Below are positions 29,233 through 44,060 of a DNA stretch of 64,000 nucleotides, in pieces (position 1 is the first letter of the stretch; every line of letters begins with the position of its first letter). A model generated the notes under the pieces. The model was not told where the DNA came from and ran no database searches. It saw only the letters and a list, made by a program, of their open reading frames with translations. The stretch is from the human T2T-CHM13v2.0 reference genome, Homo sapiens. The position numbers were made by a program, and so were the translations under genes. Where the stretch lies: the NCBI RefSeq assembly GCF_009914755.1, contig NC_060947.1; one strand, 5' to 3'.

Positions 29233-30289
29233 TTAGTCATGTGGTTGATATTACATTAATTAATTTCCATAGAGCTTTACATTTACTTAGCAAGGGGAGA
29301 CTCTAATCCTCCTCTGGAAAATCAAAGCTGTCAGTTTTGTGCTTGAAAAGAGGAAATTATTTTACTAATAAATATTCTTACTTTTTGAAGAAAATCATAA
29401 GTACAGCAGGAGCTTTGGAGACCAAAGGACTATTGAAGTTTTTTCTAGTAAACTCATTGCAAATGTCTTTATCAGTCAATTTGATTGATTACAGCATGCA
29501 CACATTGAAGTGCACTTCAGACAGCCAGTTTGTCTGAAGCCTTGCTGTTAAATCTCTTATGAAGTAATTTAAGATTTAAACCTCAGAGAATTCCGAACTG
29601 CTCTTTGAAGGCAGCACGCTCTTGTAAATATACCGTCACTGCACACTATTAGAGAAATCAGATGGGTATTCAGTTCTGGCATTTAACAATAACAACAAAG
29701 GTAGGATGTTTGGAAAGGTTGCTTTTTCCTTTTCTCCAAACTTGTCCTTTAATAGAAAAGATGACATTCAAGCCACAGAAGAGCATGGGTTGTTTGGGCG
29801 TAGGGCATTGAGAGAATGTGAGGTTGAAGGATTAGGATCCCAGGAGTGCAAGATTCCTGAGTTTAATCCAAACCTTCTTTGATCAGGTGTTTTTGTTTGT
29901 TTGTTTCTTTTTTGTTTTTTACCTTGGCTAAGCAACATTGTTTGACTGTCCCCTTTTCCAGCTGTATCCAGTGGAGTGCAGGCACAACACCAACACCCTT
30001 CCACCTTACAAGCATGGGAAGTGTGTTGCTGTGATCCTGAATTTTAGTCCATACTTTCCATAGCTTTGAGAAATTGGTTCTGAATAGATTCTACTTTTCT
30101 TTCCAATAGTGTCTTGATTCAGCTCTTAGATGGAAACTACCTTCCCTGTTTCTTATCCTGGATTATTATCCCTCTACCAACTATATGATCAAACTAAAAA
30201 CTATAAAACCTGGACATCATCTTGGCCATCTGCCTGTCACTCACTTCTTACCCCCTCCAATCAATCCTCAATCCCTACAATTTTTATAG

Positions 30290-30655
30290 ATCAATGATTC
30301 TCAAATTTAACATGAACCAGAATCATCAGGGCATCTTGTTAAAGCACAGGCTGCTGGGCCTTACCTCCAGAGTTTCTGAAACAGTAGGTCCAATGTGGAG
30401 GCTGAGCATTTGCATTTTGAACAAGTTCCCAGATGAAGCCGGTAATCTGGGGACTACATTGAGAATCTCTGCTCTAGTGCAGTGAGTGTCAACCTCAGCT
30501 GTACGTTAGAATCACCTGGAAAGTTATTGGTAATTACTGATACAAGTCCAGTTTTCCAAGGCTTCTGATGTATTTGGTGTGAGTAGGACCCAAGCACAGT
30601 TGTGATATTTTTTTCAAAGCTCTAATAGGTGGTCAGGGTTGAGAGTGATTGCTGT
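30290..30655. mobile_element. Two adjacent MER5-family MITEs
   Basis: TGATTCTCAAATTTAACATGAACCAGAATCATCAGGG...TTGAGAATCTCTG, then AGCTGTACGTTAGAATCACCTGG...GGGTTGAGAG. Confidence 0.7.
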
Positions 30656-30791
30656 ACATTTTTGTCTCCAAAATTCCTTTTGATTTCTTTGTCCTCTTTT
30701 ATGCCTGTAACCTTCAAATATTTTCCCATTGCCTGCAGAATATATTTCATACTCCTTAGCATGACTTACCAGGTTCTTTATAATCTCACTA

Positions 30792-31132
30792 CAATAGTCT
30801 CCCTTATCTACAAGGGATACATTTCAAGACCCCCCCAATGGATGCCTGAAACCATAGATAATATCAAACTTCATATAAACTGTTTTTTCCTATGTATACA
30901 TAGCTTTGATAAAGTTTAATTTATAAGTTAGGCATAGTAAGAGGTTAACAACAACTAATAATTAAATAGAACAATTATAATAATAAACTGTAATAAAAGC
31001 TATGTGAATATGGTCTTTCTATATAATATCTGAAAATATCTTACTGTACTGTACTCACCTATTCTCAGACCGTGGTTGACTACAGGTAACTAAAACCACA
31101 GAAAGTGAAGGTGAAGATTGAGGGGACCATTG
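30792..31132 (-). mobile_element. MER44A-like (Tigger7-derived) MITE
   Basis: TA|CAATAGTCTCCCTTATC...GAGGGGACCATTG TIRs. The ~340-bp interior matches recalled MER44A. Confidence 0.85.
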
Positions 31133-31164
31133 TGTATTCATTTATTTTTTCAAAAAATTTATTG

Positions 31165-31279
31165 ATGGTGATGGTTGTACAACAATGAGAATCTACTTAA
31201 TTTCATTGAACTTCTCACTTAAAAATGGTTAAAATGGTAAATTTTATGTTATGAACATTTTACCACAATAATAAAAAAA
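31165..31279 (+). mobile_element. L1MB-type 3' end
   Basis: GATGGTGATGGTTGTACAACAATG...CACTTAAAAATGGTTAAAATGGTAAATTTTATGTTATG...CCACAATAATAAAAAAA. Confidence 0.8.
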
Positions 31280-32285
31280 TATTGACACCTTCTGTGTGTC
31301 AGGTACTTTCCAAAATCATTAACTGTCTTGCTTTTGCCTGAGCATGCCAGCCTTTCTCATATTCAGTCCCTGCTTTCTGGAATGTCCTCCTCTCCCCTGA
31401 CTAGCAAACCCCCCTATTACATTAAAGATCCAGTAAATGTTTCCTCCTACATAAAGCATTTTCTAATTGCTAGGTATAGAGGAACTTATCACATTAAGAT
31501 TGTAATTGAGAATGTATTTATTTACCTCCACTAAATTGTATTTTCCTTGAAAAGGGGACGGCTTTGTGTCCCCCTTACTTTTTTTTTTTGTTTCTATCTG
31601 ATTCCCACCTTGGAGTAGATGAGGTAGGCAGACTTGACTGGGTGCTGGTGTTGGAGTGTGGATTATGAGGGGCCTATGCTGGAGCAGGCACCAGGGCACA
31701 GTGAATATTTAAGAATTGGTTTAAACCATAGCCTGTAGGGGAAAGCTAGGGTTTAAAAATCAGGGGGACAATGTGTAAATGGCAAGCAAGCCACAAGGGA
31801 CAAATGGTAAAGAATTCAGAGTTGGCTGAAGATGTGTTCTAAAATCTTTCTCCTACTGACCTGACCCAAATAGCCCAAATCCCCATCATTAGAGATCCTT
31901 TTCTTGTGCTCATGCCATAGTCCCTACTGGAAATAAACCCCTACGAAAGAAACCAATGATCACAGAATGTGTACCACATTGACTTTCCTTTGACAACTCA
32001 GCACAAATGAGTTACTAAGATGTTCAGGCTATCACTTTGAAAAGCAATGAATAAGAGCCTAAGTGATGTTTTTGTGAAAGAAGGGGACGGATTTTCTGTG
32101 AGCCTTCTAGTATGGGGTCTGGGTAGCTAGGTAGCAGGAAACTAGTGGACTCCTGGGATAGTGGCTGTCAGAGAGAGTAGAGATACACCTTACCTTTATT
32201 CAGGTCCTATTCTGAGCTGAGTCTGCTTCCAAAGGAAACATGGTCCAATCTCTGATCCTTAGAAATTTGATAGCTATGGGCATAA

Positions 32286-32592
<307 letters not shown>

Positions 32593-33701
32593 AAAATGTA
32601 GGTATTTTAAAGAAAATGAAGGCCATAGAAAAGATTGAATCTGAATGTTTTCTCTTAGAAGCAAAAGTTAGAAGAGGAGGAGAAGGAAGATTGAGATAGA
32701 TTTGGTGCTTTAGTATATAGTTAGTAAGCGAGGTAAGGCGGGAGGCTGCATGCATTTCCCCCCAGCTGACCCTTCTCTTGCGTGGCCTGAGAGCCTAATT
32801 TTTCACTTGCTAGTCTGCTTTTACATAGTAGGTTCCTTGCCATTATTCTTCCTGGCTTGATTTACTATTGGTATCACTTTTAGCAATTGCAGGTGTCTGT
32901 GGGACAAGGAGATACTTCTGTGACTTGCTGCAAGTTTAGATGCTCCTTTGTCTCCTGCTACATGGACACTTTTAAGTTTCTCTGGAACCAGACTGTTTAA
33001 ATTCTTGCTCAATGAGTGGCTCAATATGTGTGTATTTGAATCTAATCTATACTTGGAATGTACTCAGATGCTATGGTTTGTGTGTGGCAGGGGACATTGT
33101 GTGTTTATATCTTTCTGGACATTTAAATAATCTAATAACCAAATCTGCAAGTCCTGCTTACAGTACTCAGTAGGAAATTCACATGCATGTCAAATCACTT
33201 TGGAAACTGTAAACCGCTTTATAAGTTGAAAGGCTACTAACAGGCAGCTAAACACATTAGATAACCCCTGAAAATTCTTCATTAGCAGATTGAGCCTGCT
33301 GGGCCAGGTGCAAATACAAATTTCTTATTATCTTTACTCACTGGAGGAGAACATTGGAACAGTTATTCCAAGAGCGGTAGATAATCTAGGCATCCTTGAT
33401 ATTTGTGCTAGAGGTGTATCATATTGCAAGTAAACTTTTGTGTTTTATTGAGTCCAGTAGAAATACCAGTTGTCTGTCAATGAGCACAACTACGTAGGTA
33501 TGGATAATTGATAGCCTAGGAATTAAGCACTTTTTTGACTAATGCACAAAGTGGTTAATTCTCATGAAAATACAGATTTTTGAGACTTGAGATTATTCCA
33601 TGTGACACCTGATTCTATATTGCCTTATAATGTTCTCCATTTATTTCAAAGATATTTGGCTTATTACTCTAACTAGATTATATTACTTAAAAACAAATCT
33701 T

Positions 33702-34018
<317 letters not shown>

Positions 34019-34428
34019 TCATTTATTGAAAAAATTCCATGGGATGATTATTTTTCTAGGCTCTTTCATGTATATCATTAAATCCTCACAGCATTCATGC
34101 GAAATGGAATTTTTATCTCTATTTTTATAGTTGAAGTGCTGAGAGCTTAAGTGAACTTGTGCGAGGTCACACTACCACTCAATGATGAGTGGGGATTCAA
34201 AGCCAGATATTTCCATCACAAGTCACTGATTTTTCATTTTTGGTGCATGCTATTCTCTTTTATCTGACTCTATGATTTCTCTAAATGGGAAAATATGTAC
34301 ATTCTTCACACACCTTAGCTGATGGAGAAGTGACCCAGAATCTCTTTGTTTGTCAGCAGTGTTAGAAAGGAATCACAATTCTTTAACTGCAAGCAAGAGG
34401 AGTCCGAACACTATTTGAAAATTTTCTG

Positions 34429-34508
34429 TTAGGTTGATGCAAAAGTAATTGTGGTTTTTACCATTGAAAGTAATAGCAAAAACCACAATTACTTTTGCAC
34501 CAACCTAA
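34429..34508. mobile_element. MADE1 (Hsmar1-derived mariner MITE), 80-bp palindrome
   Basis: TTAGGTTGATGCAAAAGTAATTGTGGTTTTTACCATT-GAAAGT-AATAGCAAAAACCACAATTACTTTTGCACCAACCTAA, followed by TA. Confidence 0.95.
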
Positions 34509-35540
34509 TAATATAGAAACGTGGAAATTCTCATGGTACTTTCACTGTCGCGTGATGTACACCTGAGGAGATTTTGGGAAGAACGCTTTGAATCTCTCAC
34601 CACATCTGTGAATTTCAAAGTGTATGTGGAAAATGGTAAGATTGTCTAGGGAGCAGAAAGGCAGGTATTTCTCCATGAGCACTAAGCTGTCTTATCCATT
34701 TTTCAGTCACTCATTTTCTAAAAATGAATCTGACATTTTTTTCTTTTTACAGGATGGAATGAGAACTCATTTAGGTTAAATTTTCAGCTATAAAATCCAC
34801 TTTTAATCTGTCACTTGATTACTCGTATCTCAGCCAAGAGAGAAAGGTCTCAAAAACAAAAATGATATTCCAGTATGTATTAATCAATTGGATGGAACTA
34901 CTTTATGCCTTGAATGCAAAATTTTAAAATGTATCATTTAAGGATCAATACAGTTTCTAAGTAACTAAAGCTAAATCAGTACCAGCTCGGCACTTCACTT
35001 TGGTAACAGATCATTAGATTCTAGTGTTTCTGAACCCGTAACTACAAATACATACTGCCCAGAAACAGTTTTCAGAGGAAAATTGTTCCCATTTGCCTTT
35101 TTAGATGTTGATTTATTTGTGCATTCCATGTATAGTCTAACCTTTTTATAATGTTACTGTAGAGGTAAGGCAAATTCTCTTAGAAGAACTGTATTAGACT
35201 TATTTTGTGGGGTTTCTAAGTCTCAAAGGGCTTAATTTGACCTATGTATGTCCAAAATCATGTAATAACAAGTTCAGCTGTATTGTGTATTATTGATTTC
35301 TGCTTACTCACTGTAGTTTTATTGCACAGTGGGCTTAGGGAATTAATGAGTTTTATGTTAAATGCTTAAGGACAAAACGATAAATTTCAATTCTGCATTT
35401 CAGAATTGAAGAAAACCCCAAGTGTATATGGTTTAACCTCTTATGTGAGGGTTTGAATTAGTTCCTTTTACGGAATTCCTGGCAAGGCCATTCAATCTTA
35501 GATTGGATTAAATAAATCATAGAATTTAGAGGGAAGGAGG

Positions 35541-36008
35541 TTGAATTGGTCAGATTCCTTGCAGGAGACAGATAAGACTCTGAGGACAAATTTGAGGAGA
35601 GTTTAATAAAGGGGCTATATACAAAGGTATGGGGAGGGATTTGGGATACTAAGAAGAGATAGTGATCCACTCTCAATAATATGGAACTATTATCTTTTTT
35701 AAGCCTGAAGAGCAAAGAGAGAAGCAGTTTCTGGAACTCCAAGAGTTCCTGATAGGAACTGTGGCTTTTGGTAGAAAAACACAACTACAGCCAACCTGAG
35801 ATCCAGCAGGAGTGAGTACCAGGGGAATAAAATCTCTGCTTCCACATCCTCATTTTCCTCCTCCATTAACTCTCCAGTTATTTCCGCAGTCCAAAACTAA
35901 CTAAAATCCACAGGACAAGAGAGCCTAGTTAATGTGGTACATAAAGGAGTTCAGACTTGTTGGTAAAGGGCAGAGTAAAGAGTAGTTTGGAAGAGAAGAT
36001 ATTCAACC
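35541..36008 (-). mobile_element. ERVL LTR33-like solo LTR
   Basis: GCAGGAGACAGAT...AATTTGAGGAGAGTTTAATAAAGGGGCTATATACAAAGGT. Confidence 0.7.
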
Positions 36009-36211
36009 GAAAGGTGGCAGTCTCTCTTTACCTTATCAGAGCATGTCTAGCTAGTGTAGTAATTAATTCTCAACAAAAAAGGGCCACAGCGAAGCAAATG
36101 TTTTCAAATAAAGCAAACCAATATAATGAGAAAACTCAAAGGCATTCCATATGAAAAAGTTTAGAGGAAGTATCACTGTTAATGCTGGTAAAGAAAAGAT
36201 TTGAGGATCAA

Positions 36212-36410
36212 TATAACATGGTGGTAGAAGGTATAGACTCTGAAGTGAGCTCTGAACTTCCTAGCTGTGTTGCCTGAGTTCTCTCATTTGTAAAGTTGTG
36301 GTTGACTCTTGTATCTACTTTGCAGGGTTGTTATGAGGATTAAATTACTCGTTATGCAAAATACTTAAAAAAGTGCTTGGTACATAGTAAATGCTATATA
36401 TGTTAGTTAA
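36212..36410 (+). mobile_element. MIR
   Basis: CCTAGCTGTGTTG...CTCATTTGTAAA...GGGTTGTTATGAGGATTAAA...GTACATAGTAAATGCT. Confidence 0.7.
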
Positions 36411-36838
36411 ACAATTGGGGAGAGTCATGGTAGAGAAATTTGAGTTGGTCTATATGTCCTGAAACAGTTGAATCAAGCCCACTGAATGAAAACGCTAAGA
36501 CAGATTTTCATTCAGTGTAAAGATAAATTGTCTCATAGATGTACTAATAGTGATATATAGTAGTGAGTTCCCCATCTTAGAGGTGTTCAAACTGAGACTA
36601 AATGGCAAATCATGTCCTGCGGAGATTCAAGCTTGAGAGATTGGATTTAGAAGACCTTTAGAATTCATTTCAATCCTGGCATAGGTCTGATTCTTCAGAA
36701 AAATTCATGTGTGTTGCATTGTATATATAACCTTGTTAGCTCAGCCTCTGTCTTAAAGAACCAACAACTGCCATGTGGGCTATAGTTGGCCCAGATGTGA
36801 TTCTTGACCTTTAGGTAGCATATGAAAAAGCAGATTCA

Positions 36839-37155
<317 letters not shown>

Positions 37156-37244
37156 TTATATTATGTTCCCCATCCTCCATCATCTTGCAATAATCTCTCC
37201 CTCCATTTCCATTTTCACCAATAAAAATAAATGGACTAGGTGTC

Positions 37245-37490
37245 ATAGTTTTCTGTTTAAGAGTGTAGCCTCTATAGTTATACCATTTAGATTTCAGATT
37301 TAGTCTCAGCTGCCTACTAGATATGTTTTTGAACAGATTGTTTAACCTTTTACAGCATCAGTTTTTGCCACTGTAAAATCAGGATAATAATAATCGTTAC
37401 TTTACAGGCTCATGAAAAGGTTAAGTGAGATATTATAGGCAAAGTTCCTGGCATATAGTAAACTTTGAATAAATATTAGCACTTGTTACA
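37245..37490 (+). mobile_element. MIR
   Basis: CATCAGTTTTTGCCACTGTAAAATCAGGATAATAATA...CCTGGCATATAGTAAA. Confidence 0.7.
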
Positions 37491-38297
37491 ATAATATCTC
37501 ATGCAAAATGTTCTTGTTATTATAAAACTATTTCTTGAGATGCCTGATTAACCTTGGGTGTTGCAGGTTTTCACATTTCCCTTGACAGGAGCCTACAGTC
37601 TCCAGTTAATTCTGGAGGGTTTCTGCAGGAATTGTAAAGTTTCTGGGCAAAAGAAAAAAAAGGTAATTGGTCTTTCAATAAGAGACACCTTCCACCTTCC
37701 TCCTTCCTCTGAGGCCATCCCCATCCCAAAGCAAGTCATAAAGAATGGTGTGCAGCAGAAAAGCAGTCCTCTAGCTATATGGAGGAGACCACACCAACAA
37801 AGAAATTCTCCTTTATCTCAGAAACCAAGCATAAAGCCTATATTTGGATTTTCATATGAATAAATCTTCAGAAGTTAGAATAGCCAGCTGTGAAAGGCCT
37901 GGCTGCTCCTTGATCTGTAGAACAAGAGCTTATGATAAAGAATAATAAAAGAGAGAAAAATACCACCTTCCTAGGCTTTGTCTATATAATGAAAGGAGTT
38001 TTCAAACTTCCTTTAGCTGTAAATAATTTCAATTAGCATTTTTGATGGGAATGAATGTAAATACCAATTCTGCTGTATGCTAGAACCAGTTGATTAGCCA
38101 TTCTATGACGTGCTACAGGCTTCTATTTGGGGACAGAGGAAAACAGGCACTCTTGTTTGGCATTCTGTCCTTGTCTCTTCCAGAGGCATTGAGTCCAATC
38201 TTCCCTTTTCTCTTATTCATCTAACCACCCCAAATGCAAATTGATTTCTTAAGGGTGGCATCTCAATGCGAAAATGACAAGAAAGGAAACTTAAGGG

Positions 38298-38405
38298 TAG
38301 GGTGAAAGACTCATCCCAGTTTGCTTATTCCAGTTGTAGCACTGAAAGCCCTGTGTCCTGGGAACTCCCTCAGTCTGGGACAAACCAGGATAGTTGGTCA
38401 CTCTA
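38298..38405. mobile_element. MER81-like hAT-Blackjack MITE
   Basis: TAGGGTGA...AGCACTGAAAG...CCTCAGTC...GTTGGTCACTCTA, about 110 bp with TIRs. Confidence 0.75.
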
Positions 38406-39691
38406 ACTGGGCCCATAGGAAACATTATTCATGAAATCATGGATTAAAACCTCTGTGAAAAACCTTGTCAGGCTGAAGGGTAGTGTTTGCATATCAATAG
38501 GTCACCTAGCTAGACTAGTGAAACAAAGTTATCTTTGACCTGAGAATCGGTAAATAAAATGAAACACAAATAAGAGGAGAAACAATATTGATGAAGAGGA
38601 GCAGAAAGAAGAGGAAGAAGGGTAATTACAATTGGCATTTATGTAATGCTTTCTATATGCTAATGGTCATATTATTTTATATAAAGTAATATATAAGTTA
38701 CTTCAATCCGCTATTATCCTCATTTCATAAATGAGAAAACTGAAGTTCAGTGAAGTTCTGTGACTTTCAAAGTCAAGTGGAGCCAGAATTTAAATCCATA
38801 CCTTTTTGACTCTGAAGTACATACTCTTAACCATATAATAATGCCTTGTTTATTGAGAACCTCCTATATTCCAGGCATTGTGCCAGGCCTTTTGGATACA
38901 GCAGTGAGCCAAACACACATGATCCTGATCCCTACCCTCGTGGAGCGTCAGTCCATGTAAGAGTGACCCATATAAAAATTAGATAATTGTTTTTGAAATC
39001 ATTACAGTTGCATGAATGTCACTGCTAAGTTACCAATTTGAACCAGAATTCCAGAGAGGGTCTATTATTTCTTGATGTACTATGTCTAAGCAATTATAGG
39101 AAGTGGCTAAACCAGTTTTTGACTCATCTCAGAAGGATGAGGCCCTTGTTTTAGGAAGCTAAATTAAGTATGCCAACATGAGCAGCTGCTCATGAGGTAA
39201 GAAAGTGAAGGTGATTGTTCTCTGTCAGTTTTCCATTATGCATCAAACAAAAAGAACATGATTGAAAAACATTTATTCATGGCGTCTCTTTAGAACCAAA
39301 AGGTAGATATTTATTAACATACATCTTCTACTAGTTGCAAGGTTTTTTTTTTTTTTTTTTTTTTTCCTGTCAGTAACCGTCAAAGTAAAGATCTACTTAT
39401 ATTTAGAGCAGTTATGGTGGGGGTTTATACCTCCTCAAATCTTAGCCTTACCCTGAAAATTAGTGTGACCTGTTAAGTCCTGCTATGATCTATTTCTTAT
39501 ACTACAGGACAAATGGCAAAGTCATAATATATATTACTTGTTGTCGGGAGCTATGAATATGTGGGAGTAGGGGATACATGGAAATGTCTGTACCTTCCAT
39601 TTGACTTTGCTGTGAACCTAAAACTGCTATAAAAATTTATTTAAAAGTATATAACATGTACTTTTAGTATCTGCTTGGTCCATACCTAGAT

Positions 39692-40029
39692 CAGAGGTTG
39701 ACAACTATGGCCTGGAGGCCAAATTCTGCCTGCTGCCTAGTTTTGTACAGCCTGTGAGCCCAAAATGATTTTTACATATTTAAATGGTTGAAACAAAAAT
39801 CAAATGAAGAATATTTTTGGCATGTGAAAATTACATAAAATTCAAATTTAAGTGTCTATAAATAAAGTCTTGTTGGAACGCAGCCATGCTCATTCCTTTA
39901 TATATACTGTCTATGGCTGCTTTCCTGCTACAGTGGCAGAACCGAGTAGTTACTACAGAGACTGTATGGGTCACAAAGCCTAAACATTTACTATTTGATC
40001 CTTTATGGAAAAAAATACTCTAACCTCTG
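39692..40029 (+). mobile_element. MER58B-type hAT-Charlie MITE
   Basis: CAGAGGTTGACAACTATGGCC...TAACCTCTG. 8-bp TSD ACCTAGAT / GCCTAGAG. Confidence 0.85.
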
Positions 40030-41046
40030 GCCTAGAGGAAGGGGCTATTCCTGTGTATAGAAAGCATACATGATAAAGCCCACAATTATGAGAAAAGTCA
40101 GTCATAATCATCAATGTTATATTTTGGAGAAAACAACAATAACAGCAAACATAAATTGATCCAGTAAATGCAAGTCAGTTAAAATCTACAAAAATTAAGA
40201 AAAAAACTTACATTATATCTCTAATCATAATCTTTATAGTATTTTTAAACTTCTATTTATAGTGGCTATGACCAATAGCCATTGATCACTGATAACAAGA
40301 CCCCACAAAAACATACATAAAAATTCGTATTTTAGCTGACATTTATATATAATAAATAAATATACAATGTATATATTTTACATATCTCTGTTTATTTGAG
40401 TTTTCATTCAGGCTTCACTACTACTAAGATTAACCCTGGAGAAACACAGAGTCAAATGAACAGTAAAGATGTGATTTATTTTTTGCTATCCCTTTCTCAG
40501 AGCTTCTCTGTAATACTTCTGACTTAAAACTGTGTCTCTAATTTTTTTCTCCAAAGTAAAGAGAAGAAAGAAATATGCAGAGATTTTTCTCCCCCGCTCC
40601 ACTCTTCCCAAATCCCTGGCTCCTTTTTTTTTTTCCAGCAGTATGATTACCTGCTATGCAGAAATGATGAGCTCAAAAATATTCATTTAAGATGTTCCTG
40701 TCAGTGTTGGTTTAATAAATCAACACTGGAAATTAAACTATTAATTTTTCAAAACATTAAACAGCAAAGGAGCACAAGAAGAAAGACTAAGGGAATAGGA
40801 AATTATCACCTAAGAAATATTTACCCTTCATGATAGCCCTTGTATAACACTGCAGATTGAGATTCTATCATTTGTTACTGAATAATATAGCAAAGGAAAT
40901 GGGTTGCTGTATATCTTATTTAGAGCTGGACTGGGTGCTAGATGGGTGAGCAAGTGAGTAGAGGTCTAGGAACAGAGAGGGCTAGGTCAAAGGTCAGTGT
41001 AATGAAATATGGGACAGGACTCAAATGCTTTCGTCATACTGAAGAA

Positions 41047-41280
41047 ACATAGTGATTAAGAGCATTGACTCTGGAGTCAAATGGACTTGGGTTTGAATTC
41101 TGGTGTTTCCATTTAGTATCTGAGAGGTCTTAATTAGGTTATTTAATCTTAATGAACTTTAGTTCCCTCATTTGTAATTGTAATTATAACCCTTTATGAG
41201 ATTGTTGTGAGGATTGAATGAGATGTATATAAATATGCTTAGCACTGGGCCTGGCACACGTACTCAATATATGTTTATTT
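41047..41280 (+). mobile_element. MIR (near full length)
   Basis: CATAGTGATTAAGAGCATTGACTCTGGAGTCA...GTTGTGAGGATTGAATGAGAT...GCCTGGCACA. Confidence 0.8.
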
Positions 41281-41454
41281 ATTTATTTTTGTTAGGGATG
41301 CCAAATGAAAGAGTACTGGAAATCATTGCATAACTAATTAATTTTTTTATATGGTGGATTTCTATATACTCAAATAAAGGAAGGCGGTGGAAGGAAAAAT
41401 GAGTGGAAGTTAGGAGACCTGTGCTTTAGTCTGGATAATAATAATAGTAACAAC

Positions 41455-41670
41455 AATAAGAAGTTAGTATTTATTAGGCATTTACTATGTGTTTAATACA
41501 ATAACCCTAAGAAGGGAATGCCATTATCCTCATTTTAAATATATAGGAACTGAGGCTTAAAATGATTTGGCTTCTTGCATAAGTCAACACAGCTATTAAG
41601 TGCAGAGTTGGGATTTGAACTCAGGTAGACTGACTCCCGAGCCTCAGTGATTAACCATGAGGCTATACTA
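41455..41670 (-). mobile_element. MIR
   Basis: ATTATCCTCATTTT...GGAACTGAGGCTT...GGATTTGAACTCAGGTAGACTGACTCC. Confidence 0.75.
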
Positions 41671-43439
41671 TCCTGGTTCTGCAATTATCTAGCTCCTATG
41701 ACCAAGGGCATAACAGGGCTACCCATATGATTGTACAGGTTTTGTGCTGCACAACTCAAGGGGTATTCTATTCATATTGGGTGTATGCAGTGAATAACCT
41801 GTGCAAACACATGGGTGGTCATGGGGAAGTTCCTTATCTTGTCTAGGTTTTAGTTTCCTTTTCCCGAAAAATGAAATGTTCGAATTAATTTGTCACCAGG
41901 CCTCTACCAGCTAAGGGTCTAGTGTAAATATATGGATAATTTAAAAAGAATTCTTACTTGCTTTGGAGAGTTTTACACATATATTTGAATTTGTGCTTAT
42001 CTGATGAAATAAGTACCTAGAGCAAATCAATTAAGGACATGACACTAGGGAGATCTGGAGCTCGATGATTAGAGAGTTGCCTCATGCACTTCTGCTCAGG
42101 TTCTCAGTATATTGAAGAAACAGTCCATATCTACCACTGATTCTAGAACAGCAAAAGCAGACATCACTTTTTCAGACATCCCCTGGAGTTAGGGATATGG
42201 CTAACTGAATAGGTCCAAAATGCTTTCTTTGCCAGGATGTGAACTGCATAAAAATTAACTGCATACAGCGCCATAGATTCAAAAGCAGTCATTCAAGTAA
42301 ATTAGGTGTTGCCTATAGGAACCCATTTCAATGAAGCAATTAATTAAGCAAAAATTGTATGTGCTATCCATCAACAAGCTTAAAGGCACGATTTAATTGT
42401 TAATATTGTGGATGTACAGATCTGCACAGAAAATTGGATTTAGGTATGAGGATGTTTCTATCATGATACTGTATTAGCAGTCAACATTGTTCCTCTTAGA
42501 TGTTTTGCCTGGTTTTAGTTAAATGATGCTTTCTATAGTCAGGCTTAACTGAAAAATAGATTAGCATGTTCTATTCAATTGTATTCCACATCCAGATAGA
42601 ATTCATTACTAAGCAGTTGTACTTTAGCATTAAAGACCTATGGTTAAGGTAAATTTAAAAATAAGTATTCTTCTGATCCTTCCTCCTCACTAGGCTTCTT
42701 TCTTACTCTTTTTAGAGTTAAAAATTCTCCCATCCACAATACATTTTTAAGGCTCTGGCACCTTACCAACTGTCACAGCCCCTACAGCCTTTCTTATGTA
42801 GGCAATCAATTTAGCTCCCCTGTGAGAAAGATAACTGCCTGCTTACAACTAATCCAAGGTTGGGAATTTCACATGTTTTCTATGCTTTAAGATGACCTCT
42901 TGATTCCTACTCTAGTTACACTGGTTTCTTCACCATTCCATGGCTTCTCCTTCATCTTGCTGCCTCAGAAGTTTTGCTCAAACTGTTTCCTTCGCCTGAA
43001 ATCTGTCTCCCATCCACCCATTTCTGCCTGTTCCTCTTTACATTTAAAGCCCAATGCAGATTGCACTTCCTCTAATAAGTTTTCCTCAGAACTCTTCTTT
43101 CCATCTTCTACACCCTCTCCAGCATTTTGCTTATATTTTAGTTATAACTACAGTGACTGCATTTGCTGAACTGTACAATCAGGACACATGCTTTGACAAC
43201 TCTAAGTATACTTATGAACAATGTGATAGATTATTTGAAATCAAGTCAGTTCTAGAAAATCCAGAGTGCGTGTTTGCCTTAATTGTAGCACTCATTACAG
43301 TCTGCCTTGTGTTGGCGTTAATTATGCATTTGTTCAGATCCTTCCTGATGTTGCAAGCAAGAATTGTGTCATATGCATCCCTGTATCACCCTACACCTGT
43401 CAGATTTCTTTGTCTGCAGTATGCATTTATGTTTTATGC

Positions 43440-44060
43440 AGTCATCGAATATTTATTAAGCTAATATGATGTGGCAGGCCCTAAATGCTAAGGGTTGGGG
43501 ATAAGATGAGGTCCCTACTTCCATGAAATAATTAATTACAACACCAGGAGATAAGTGCCATGTTAGGGTAGACCTGCAACATATACGAGGGGCTCCTAAC
43601 CTAGACATTGAGAATTAGGGAAGTCTGGGAGCAAGTGATTCATAAACAGAGGACTGAGAATGGGAATAATTTCATCAGGAAATGATGGGGTTTAGGGGCT
43701 CAGGTAGAGAGAACAGTGTGTGAAAAGGTCCAGAAGTGGGAGAAGAATGCCATTTGCAGAAATTCAGTTTTTCAGTCCCATTTTGAAGGTAGAATGTGAA
43801 GAAGGGAATGAGAGAAGAAGAGGCTGAAATGGGAAGTGGGTCACTGGGCCAGGTGCTAGAGATACAGGCATGAATAAGGAATGGCCCTTGATCTCCCAGA
43901 GTTTACATTAAAGAGAACACAGAGAAGTAATGGAGAAATTATAGTACAGTATGATGGGTGCTCTGACTGCAGACATTCTGTGTACTGTGAGAACACATGT
44001 TAAGATACCTCACCCTTAATAACTAGGGGAGGTTTACCAGCAGATGTGAGTTTTAAGTTG
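43440..44060 (-). mobile_element. L2 fragments
   Basis: ATATTTATTAAGCTAATATGATGTGGCAGGC..., followed by purine-rich L2 body pieces. Confidence 0.55.

Noticed and set aside
43054-43464. 136-aa ORF with a hydrophobic stretch
   Set aside because: T-rich sequence overlapping L2-like decay, with no recognisable family. Hydrophobicity is expected from the base composition.
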